Below, piece by piece: positions 56,993 through 64,000 of a stretch of 64,000 bases of DNA. The stretch is from Roseofilum casamattae BLCC-M143 (GTDB lineage: Bacteria; Cyanobacteriota; Cyanobacteriia; Cyanobacteriales; Desertifilaceae). Under the pieces are notes generated by a model. It saw only the letters and a list, made by a program, of their open reading frames with translations. It had not been told where the DNA came from and ran no database searches. How positions within the stretch are numbered: position 1 is the first letter of the stretch; each line of letters begins with the position of its first letter. Location of the stretch: positions 1 through 64,000 of the forward strand of contig NZ_JAQOSQ010000020.1 of NCBI RefSeq assembly GCF_030068455.1. The letters run 5' to 3'. A program made the position numbers and the translations under genes.

Positions 56993-58381
56993 TTAAGAAC
57001 TATTGCTTTTGAGTGAAGATCTTGGTGTTGCGTCTAAGTTCAACCGAGTCACGGTAACCACAAACCAAAACCACGTAGGATTCACGCCTAATAGTCCGGT
57101 TTCAGTTAAGTTAGTCATCAGAGTAAACGTTAAGATAATTAAAGGGATACCGGCTTCCGGCATTTTGTCCTGGCTTAAATAGTTGACAGCTTTGAGCAAA
57201 CAACTGACAAAGGCAAAGATATAGAACATCATCCCCAGCCATCCTAGATCGGTGGCAATATCCATAAAGCCATTATGAGAATGAGGAGGAACCCACCCAT
57301 TCGGATTAATCACATTTCCCGCTGGATTTTCAATCGTGCTTTTCCAACTTTGCCAATACCCACCAACGCCATAGCCTAATATCGGTTTTTTATTAATCGC
57401 TTCAATGACAATCGGCCAAAATAAAGTTCTTCCAGTTAGAGTCAAATCTTTATTGAGAGTATCGACAACAATGTATTCTAAGTTTTCGACCACGACAATC
57501 ATGATACTGGTACTGACAATTAAAAAGAGCACAATTGAAGTAAATGCCCATTTAGGAGATAGCTTCTTCACTACATTTAAATAGAAAGCTAAGCAAATAA
57601 GGCAGAGGAATAAGACCTTGCTCGCACCGCTGTTGCCGCCATCCATTGCATACAAGGCCAGTAGGGAAATTACAAAAGACTGTTTGCGTTGTTTCGGATT
57701 GTAAATTCCATGGATTAGCCACACCACTACCGTAAAAGACATAGCAAATGCAAAGGTGTTTTTATGTTTCAGAATTCCTTGCCATGCTCCAGTTTTGGAA
57801 TTAATCCCTACTGAAGTAACCAGATTGGCATAATAAATACTAGGCAACAAGATAGCTAAGTTGACCCAGCGCATGAAGCCATAGAGTTCCTTCCAAGAGA
57901 ATCGCTTGCCAATATAAACGGCTCCGATGGCTGTCTGCAAATAAACTAAGCTTTTCCTCAAGGTATAAACGAATTCATTAGACCAGAAAGCAGATAAGCC
58001 AATCATCAGGCACAAGGCACATAGAAATGGAGCTTTGGTTAACAGAACGGCACAAACATCACCAATATCTCTCAAGGTCGATCGCAATCGAGACCAGAGC
58101 AGAAATAATGCAATTCCATAGATCGTTAACTGACCGAAGATCGTAATCATGCCGACTTTCCGATCGGCTAAAATTAAGGGAGTTAGTTTATTGAAGGGCA
58201 AGATAGATACATCGGCCAATACAAAAATAAAACACCCCACAACTAACCGTTCAAAAGAATCCGAGTTTTTTTTACTCTTGTTGATGATGTCAAATAATAT
58301 GCCGATGTAGACCAATGTCATAACCAATCCCATCAGTGCGATTAATGGATTAGCGAGAAGTGACTTGATTACTTCTTTCAT
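56993..58381 (-). CDS. O-antigen ligase / Wzy-like polymerase family membrane protein
   Basis: Polytopic. The periplasmic-loop motif ...GYGVGGYWQSW...HSHNGFMDIATDLGWLGM resembles the Wzy_C/WaaL His-containing motif. Confidence 0.55.
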   Translation of the reverse strand: MKEVIKSLLANPLIALMGLVMTLVYIGILFDIINKSKKNSDSFERLVVGCFIFVLADVSILPFNKLTPLILADRKVGMITIFGQLTIYGIALFLLWSRLRSTLRDIGDVCAVLLTKAPFLCALCLMIGLSAFWSNEFVYTLRKSLVYLQTAIGAVYIGKRFSWKELYGFMRWVNLAILLPSIYYANLVTSVGINSKTGAWQGILKHKNTFAFAMSFTVVVWLIHGIYNPKQRKQSFVISLLALYAMDGGNSGASKVLFLCLICLAFYLNVVKKLSPKWAFTSIVLFLIVSTSIMIVVVENLEYIVVDTLNKDLTLTGRTLFWPIVIEAINKKPILGYGVGGYWQSWKSTIENPAGNVINPNGWVPPHSHNGFMDIATDLGWLGMMFYIFAFVSCLLKAVNYLSQDKMPEAGIPLIILTFTLMTNLTETGLLGVNPTWFWFVVTVTRLNLDATPRSSLKSNSS

Positions 58382-58626
58382 TTTTCCATATGGAAACTAA
58401 AATCTAGCAAGGCATTCATCGAGTATTTGAGATTATCTACACGCAAACTATCTTGTTTTCAGAATAGTATAGATCCGAGTAGATCGTAGTGGCGAGACCC
58501 GATCGCGGAAAGTTGGCGCGTACAACCGTCAATGAGTACGTTAAACTATGAGTTAATTATGCGACCAGTATAGTAGAGAAAAACACATTGCGATCGACTT
58601 CGATTGTAAACCGAGCGAGACTGACG

Positions 58627-60156
58627 ATGAAGACCTATTTGAAACCCTTTCGGTGTAGTCGTCCCTTATTGGCTTTGGCGATCGCCTGGGAGCTGGGGAT
58701 TGGCCTCATCTCGCCGGCGATCGCCCAACCCACGCCAACAGAGTCAAACGGACTAAACTCAAACTCTTTCGAGGAACAAAGCACTCCTGCCTCCCCAGAG
58801 AACCCGGCGTCTGCGGATAATGCCTATGTTCTCGTTGGCGGCGATCGCATCCAAATTGATGTCCTAGAATTACCCGAATACAGCGGCAACTACCAGATTC
58901 CCGTCGATGGTTTGACCGAACTGCCTCTCATCGGCTCGATTCCTCTAGCTGGACTCACCCTAGCTCAAGCCAGAGAGATTTTGAGTGAGGCCTACAGTGG
59001 CGTACTCCGATATCCAGCGATCTCAATTCGCTTGGTCTCCCCCAGTCCGATCAACATAGTTATTGCTGGAGAAGTCACGAACCCCGGCACCTTCACCGTT
59101 AGGCTCATTGGCGGAGCCGGAAACGTTCCCGGCATTCAATATCCAACCCTAACCGAAGTCCTCAAACAAGCCGGCGGAGTCACCTTAGCCGCCAATATTA
59201 GCAATATTCAGATTACCCGAACGGTTTGGCAAGAGAGGCAGCAACGCACAATAAGCCTCAATGTCAATCTGCAAGACTTAGTTCAGACCAATCGCTCCGG
59301 TCGAGATATCACCATCCGCAGTGGAGATAAAATTTTTGTCCCCACTCAATTGCAACCCAATTTGCAACAGCTATGGCAGCTCGCTCGCGTCGATTTCTTC
59401 GCCGATCGCCAAAGCCGGCAGTCCGTCGTCGTCGTCGGTGAAGTGCAACACCCCGGCGCTTACCACGTTACCCTTGCCATCGCAGGCAGTCCAGTCACCA
59501 GCTTGCCGACCGTTTCTTCCGCCATTCGAGACGCTGGAGGCATCAAACCCACGGCAGACCTGCGCAACATCACTCTACGTCGGCAAACCCAAACCGGTTC
59601 CGAGCTAATTATTCCCCTAGATTTCTGGGAGTTATTGCATAATGGAGACATCACCCAAGACACCATTATCCAAACGGGAGACTCGATTATTATTCCTAGA
59701 GCAGCGGAAGTTTCTAACGCAGAAGCCACAGAATTAGCAGGAGTGAACTTTGCTCCCGATTCAATTACAGTCAGCGTCGTAGGAGAAGTGCGATCGCCCG
59801 GCTCTCTGAATGTACCGCCGAGTACACCCCTTAATCAAGTCTTGCTGCGTGCTGGCGGCTTTAATCGCGCTCGAGCCAAGACCCGTCAAGTTCAACTACT
59901 GCGCTTAAACTCCAATGGCACAGTTGCCAGTCGCCAAATTAAAGTCGATCTCGATCGCGATATCGACGAGCAAATCAACCCACTCCTGCAAAACAACGAC
60001 ATTATCTTTGTCAGTCGTTCTGGGATAGCCCGCTTTTCTGATACCCTGAATGTAGCGCTCTCTCCGGCTAACAGTCTTTTCTCATTATGGAGTATCCCTC
60101 TACGGACTCTTGAAGTCCTTTCTGACCTTGGCATCATTCCATCGGGTTCCAATTAA
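58627..60156 (+). CDS. polysaccharide export protein (Wza-like; Poly_export plus SLBB domains)
   Basis: Signal peptide, then the Poly_export-like block VGGDRIQIDVLELPEYSGNYQIPVDGLTELPLIGSIPLAGLTLAQAREIL and repeated SLBB-like units. The start ATG at 58627 is preferred. Confidence 0.75.
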   Translation: MKTYLKPFRCSRPLLALAIAWELGIGLISPAIAQPTPTESNGLNSNSFEEQSTPASPENPASADNAYVLVGGDRIQIDVLELPEYSGNYQIPVDGLTELPLIGSIPLAGLTLAQAREILSEAYSGVLRYPAISIRLVSPSPINIVIAGEVTNPGTFTVRLIGGAGNVPGIQYPTLTEVLKQAGGVTLAANISNIQITRTVWQERQQRTISLNVNLQDLVQTNRSGRDITIRSGDKIFVPTQLQPNLQQLWQLARVDFFADRQSRQSVVVVGEVQHPGAYHVTLAIAGSPVTSLPTVSSAIRDAGGIKPTADLRNITLRRQTQTGSELIIPLDFWELLHNGDITQDTIIQTGDSIIIPRAAEVSNAEATELAGVNFAPDSITVSVVGEVRSPGSLNVPPSTPLNQVLLRAGGFNRARAKTRQVQLLRLNSNGTVASRQIKVDLDRDIDEQINPLLQNNDIIFVSRSGIARFSDTLNVALSPANSLFSLWSIPLRTLEVLSDLGIIPSGSN

Positions 60157-60188
60157 CCTAGTAATTATCGATCTGCAACTCATCGATT

Positions 60189-62498
60189 ATGACCAACTCG
60201 AGACAACCATTCACATCCTATTCCGAAAATGGTCAAGGCGAAATAGAAACTCTCAAGAGCGTATCAACCTTTCCTCTCAATGAGATTCCAGAAGAACAGA
60301 CCATCGATCTGGCTTGGTTGTTATCTGTCTTGCGTCGTCGAGCATGGATTATGGCTGCTGCCACATTCCTACTGAGTATATTGTCTGGAGCCAGCATTGT
60401 CTGGATGGCACGGCAAGTTGTTCCCTCTTATGAAGGTTGGTTGCAACTGTTGCTCGAACCGGTGACCGCAGAAGGTCGTTCCGCTCGACTATTATTGCTG
60501 GGTGAATCAGGAGGCAATACTAACCTAGCTGATATTACCGGTAAACTTCGCATTGAAAGTACCGATCTGGTTGACTATGAAACCATGATCCGAGTTCTCA
60601 AAAGTCCAAAAGTCCTAGATCCTTTAATTGAAGATCTCCAAGAAGAATACCCGGAAATTAACTACGATAACTTACAGTCTAAACTGATTATCAGTCGCCG
60701 CAGTTATGAAAAAGATGGGAAGCAAGAAGGAACGAAAATAATGTTGGTGCGCTATGAAGATAGCGATACTGACAAAATTTTATTTGTTTTGGATCGGGTT
60801 GGCGAAGCCTTCCTGAGATATTCTTTAGACGAACGAGTGAACACGCTTCAACAAGGAATCGACTTTATCGACCAGCAACTACCCGAACTCCGAGAACGAG
60901 TCGATTATTACCAGCGCCAATTGCAAGAACTTCGGCAAAGATACGCTATCAACTTTCCCAACGTGGAAGCGGCAAATCTTTCCGATCGATTGCTGTTAAT
61001 TAAGAGAAGTAAGTTAGACTCTCAAGCCGATCTAGAGAGCAAGAAGCGTTTTTATGAAACCTTTAAGCAACAAATTGAATCTGAAAACTCAATTGGGATT
61101 TTAACCTTCAAAGGTAAAGCTTACGAAAAAATACTATCCAACTATCAGGAGATAGAGGTAGAACTTTCCCTCAAACTCAGCCAGTTCCGCGAAGATAGTA
61201 TTCCCATACAAATGTTGAAAGAGAAACAGGCAAGATTGGCAAAGACCATACAAAATATTGCTCAAACAGAACTAGACACTGTGGGTAATGAGATTGAGGT
61301 TCTAGAGTCGCGAATTCTATCTTTACAACAATCTGAAGACGAGCTGAATCAAAGGCTGCAACTCTTTCCAGATATTCTCCGGCAGTATGCGGATATTGAA
61401 AGCTCGCTGAAGGTAAAAAAAGCAACGTTGCAAGATTTTTTGGAAAAGCGAGAGAAGCTCAGATTAAATGCTTCACAAAGAGACTTTCCTTGGTCAATTA
61501 TTTCTCCTCCTAAACTCTGGCGAAGCTCGGATGGCCAACTCATTCCTAAATCTCAGGTTAGTACGAGAAAGCAACTCGCTATTGCTTTAATCTTGAGTAC
61601 ATTGCTCGGAACTGGTATTGGATTGATTGTCGAGATTTTAGATCCTGTCTTCCATAGTCCAGATGAGATAAAAATTGATACAAAGATAAAAATTATTGGC
61701 GTAATTCCGACCGATCGCCAAATGAAAGTAAACCAGAAAAAGCAACAAAAATTCGATCGCTTCTTCTTCAACTCCAAAAACGGCGATCGCAACTGGCATC
61801 AACCAGCTTACAGTGCCGTCTTTGTCGAAGCCTTTCGTTCCTTGTATACCAACATTAACTTATTAAATTCAAAAAACCGCTCCATCCGATCTCTCGTCGT
61901 GAGTTCTGCTAGTCCGGAAGACGGCAAATCCACCGTTGCTCTCAATCTGGCACAAACTGCTGCGGCGATTGGCAAACGAGTTTTGCTCGTAGATGCTAAT
62001 CTCCGCTCTCCCCATCTCCATTTATCTCTAGGACTTCATAACAAGCAAGGACTCAGCGATACCGTAGCGAACTATCTGAGTCTTAACGAGGTGATCCAAG
62101 CCTCTCCCATCGAAGAAAATCTTTTATTCCTCAGTGCCGGTCAACATTCTCCCGATCCGATTAAACTGCTCTCCTCTCAGAAAATGCAATACCTGATGGG
62201 ACAATTACAAGGATTCTTCGATCTGGTTATCTACGATACTCCGGCATTAGTCGGATTAGCCGATCCCTATCTCGTGGCAGACTATGCGGATGGGATGATA
62301 CTGGTTGCTCGAGTTGAGAAAACCGAACGGTCGGCGATCGCACAAGCCTTAGAAGAACTGCGAATCTCGAAGACCAACATTCTCGGCATTGTCGTTAATG
62401 ATGTTCAAGAAAGTAGCTCCAAAACCTCCAGAGTTCACCACGAGCACTACTATTCCTCTTCCTCAACCCGATTAGACGAAGATATAACCGTGTTGTAA
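60189..62498 (+). CDS. polysaccharide co-polymerase / tyrosine autokinase (Wzc/GumC-like)
   Basis: N-terminal TM helix plus a long coiled-coil periplasmic domain and a second TM. The C-terminal P-loop domain has Walker A SASPEDGKST and Walker B-like VIYDTPAL. Confidence 0.8.
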   Translation: MTNSRQPFTSYSENGQGEIETLKSVSTFPLNEIPEEQTIDLAWLLSVLRRRAWIMAAATFLLSILSGASIVWMARQVVPSYEGWLQLLLEPVTAEGRSARLLLLGESGGNTNLADITGKLRIESTDLVDYETMIRVLKSPKVLDPLIEDLQEEYPEINYDNLQSKLIISRRSYEKDGKQEGTKIMLVRYEDSDTDKILFVLDRVGEAFLRYSLDERVNTLQQGIDFIDQQLPELRERVDYYQRQLQELRQRYAINFPNVEAANLSDRLLLIKRSKLDSQADLESKKRFYETFKQQIESENSIGILTFKGKAYEKILSNYQEIEVELSLKLSQFREDSIPIQMLKEKQARLAKTIQNIAQTELDTVGNEIEVLESRILSLQQSEDELNQRLQLFPDILRQYADIESSLKVKKATLQDFLEKREKLRLNASQRDFPWSIISPPKLWRSSDGQLIPKSQVSTRKQLAIALILSTLLGTGIGLIVEILDPVFHSPDEIKIDTKIKIIGVIPTDRQMKVNQKKQQKFDRFFFNSKNGDRNWHQPAYSAVFVEAFRSLYTNINLLNSKNRSIRSLVVSSASPEDGKSTVALNLAQTAAAIGKRVLLVDANLRSPHLHLSLGLHNKQGLSDTVANYLSLNEVIQASPIEENLLFLSAGQHSPDPIKLLSSQKMQYLMGQLQGFFDLVIYDTPALVGLADPYLVADYADGMILVARVEKTERSAIAQALEELRISKTNILGIVVNDVQESSSKTSRVHHEHYYSSSSTRLDEDITVL

Positions 62499-62583
62499 TC
62501 GCACTTCTGTAAAGTCTTGCTCAGTGGGAGTTTTAGGTTATCCTCTGGCAAAAGTGACAGAAGAGGGGTATGTTAACTAAACA

Positions 62584-62621
62584 AAAGGCTCAATGGTTGT
62601 TACCAAAACCATTGAGCCTTT
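62584..62621. terminator. bidirectional terminator hairpin between convergent genes (15-bp perfect stem)
   Basis: aaaggctcaatggtt-gttaccaa-aaccattgagccttt. On the minus strand it is followed by a U-rich stretch (ttttgtttag). Confidence 0.6.
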
Positions 62622-62668
62622 ACAATTATGCAGCTTCGATCGGCTCAGGCTACAAATGAGTCCATCGA

Positions 62669-63424
62669 CTAGCTATTACGCTTGCGCAGTCCGAAAGCAG
62701 TAGCTGCAGCTAAGAAGCCTAAACCAAGTACTGTAGAAGGTTCGGGAACATCTTCAATTGCCTCATCCAATCCACGGAACCGGAAGGTGACTCCATCACC
62801 AGTATTGTTTGCATAATCGGTTCCAACTGTGAGAATAATCGAGTCAACATCGAAGAAGGTCATGCTGTGCAAGCTCGAATCACCCAGTCCGCTAGAGATT
62901 AGGGATTCATTCCCTAATGCCTGACCGTTGACGTGAGTTACACCCGTTGTTCTCCAGCTTTCCACATCGAAGAAATCAACCGTCAGTTCTGCAATGGTTT
63001 TAGTAAAGTTGAATTTAAAATCTCCAACTTCAGTTTGTCCCTGCTCTTCATTGGGAGCAGATGCTCGCAACCAGTATCCTGTCGTATTCGTACCCAGGTC
63101 GGTGGCGCCGAAGTTAACTGACTCTACACCATCGGTGTACTCGTTAGCCGTTCCGATTTTATCCAGGAATAAGCGGCTGCGCTGAGGAGTACCGGGATTT
63201 TCAGCATCATCCCAAGCCAAACTTTCCACACTTTCGATGAAGCCGACAGGCATTTCCAAACAGTCTTCCAGGCAACCAAATCCGGCATCGAACTCACCTT
63301 CTATGGCTACTGATTGTGCCATGGCAGAGGGAGCGGCAAGACCGACGACCATGGCGGACGCAGCGACTCCTGCAGTTACTGTAGTAATTCTTTTAGCAAT
63401 TTGAGATAAGGTTTGAGATTTCAT
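62669..63424 (-). CDS. PEP-CTERM sorting-domain secreted protein
   Basis: N-terminal signal peptide. The C-terminal VPEPSTVLGLGFLAAATAFGLRKRNS is the PEP motif, a TM helix and a basic tail. Confidence 0.8.
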   Translation of the reverse strand: MKSQTLSQIAKRITTVTAGVAASAMVVGLAAPSAMAQSVAIEGEFDAGFGCLEDCLEMPVGFIESVESLAWDDAENPGTPQRSRLFLDKIGTANEYTDGVESVNFGATDLGTNTTGYWLRASAPNEEQGQTEVGDFKFNFTKTIAELTVDFFDVESWRTTGVTHVNGQALGNESLISSGLGDSSLHSMTFFDVDSIILTVGTDYANNTGDGVTFRFRGLDEAIEDVPEPSTVLGLGFLAAATAFGLRKRNS

Positions 63425-63692
63425 AGGTTTGGCTCTCCTTTCTGGGTCTGTATTGACTTGGGAACTTTAGGTTTTCTCGTTTCTTTCCTCTACGATACTG
63501 GTCGGTTACCGGTTAATGCATCAGAGAGATTGAGGATTTTAAATTTGAAGTTCCCGTGTGGAACCCATTCGCAGGCCATGTATTTTGAGCGAAGTACTGA
63601 AGGAGATTATGCAAAAATACCGATCCCTTATATAGCGATCGCGATCGCCTACCCACATCCCCGTAGAAGTAAGGAGATAGTTCGCTCTAAGG

Positions 63693-64000
63693 TTACTGGC
63701 TTACAATGGCTCGAACCCGATAAATCGGTCGATCTTGGGATTCATGATAAGTCCGCATCATCAATTCCCCAAGCAATCCAAAACAGAAGAGCTGTACTCC
63801 CGTGAGCAATAGCACCACTGCCAAGATTAGCAACGGCCGGCCGCCGATATCTTCACCAAAAGCGAACTTGAGCAGGGTTAGATACATGCCGAGGGCCAGA
63901 CCAACGGTCATGGAGAGCAAGCCCATGGAACCAAAAATATGCATGGGACGGGTGAGAAATTTTTTCATGAACCATACTGTCAACAAGTCCATCAGCACCC
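63693..64000 (-). CDS. C-terminal membrane region of a probable GT2-family glycosyltransferase (dolichyl-phosphate sugar transferase-like). The 5' part lies beyond the window.
   Basis: The frame is open to the window end. It has two C-terminal TM helices typical of DPM1/ArnC-like GT2 enzymes (...HIFGSMGLLSMTVGLALGMYL...). Confidence 0.4.
   Translation of the reverse strand, partial: VLMDLLTVWFMKKFLTRPMHIFGSMGLLSMTVGLALGMYLTLLKFAFGEDIGGRPLLILAVVLLLTGVQLFCFGLLGELMMRTYHESQDRPIYRVRAIVSQ

Noticed and set aside
63413-63805. 130-aa plus-strand ORF spanning the PEP-CTERM and GT gene boundary
   Set aside because: It overlaps two better-supported minus-strand genes and has no features.

Overview
The 64-kb window looks like a cyanobacterial chromosome segment: the HIP1 octamer GCGATCGC occurs dozens of times throughout. 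It is mostly ordinary core genes with a few accessory features. Working from the sequence and the ORF track only, I support the following. (1) A 5'-truncated IS4-family DDE transposase at the left edge sits next to tRNA-Pro(CGG). (2) Recognisable housekeeping genes are lipA, an HU gene, ispE, lptB plus an lptF/G-type permease, purS-purQ, cbiA, a PiT phosphate transporter, an MscS channel and an SPFH protein. (3) An orphan CRISPR array of thirteen 37-bp repeats (4823-5731, + strand) has no cas gene anywhere in the window. It lies directly downstream of a pentapeptide-repeat protein whose 5' intergenic region carries three copies of a palindromic AAACC(C)GGTTT box. (4) There are two large multi-sensor histidine kinases. 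One is a ~1600-aa PAS/GAF protein whose GAF modules are also tandem repeats at the DNA level. (5) There is a scatter of nuclease-like genes of families that I recall being amplified in cyanobacteria (an Rpn/PD-(D/E)XK gene, two Uma2/DUF820 genes, a DUF433 gene), plus a frameshifted MazE/AbrB-like antitoxin remnant. (6) The right-hand ~13 kb is an exopolysaccharide locus. It contains an MBOAT O-acyltransferase with a partner gene, glycosyltransferases, a methyltransferase, Wzx, a Wzy/O-antigen-ligase-like gene, Wza, a Wzc tyrosine autokinase and a PEP-CTERM protein. Its central part (about 52.8-58.4 kb) is visibly AT-richer and HIP1-poor, consistent with horizontal acquisition. (7) A 1209-aa tri-domain glycosyltransferase (GT2-GT2-GT4) is also present. 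The best candidates for something not yet described are a small conserved protein family present as two paralogues 47 kb apart (one translationally coupled to a rhodanese), and the small-protein/membrane-protein/pentapeptide block immediately upstream of the cas-less array. Both are hypotheses that need homology searches I cannot run.
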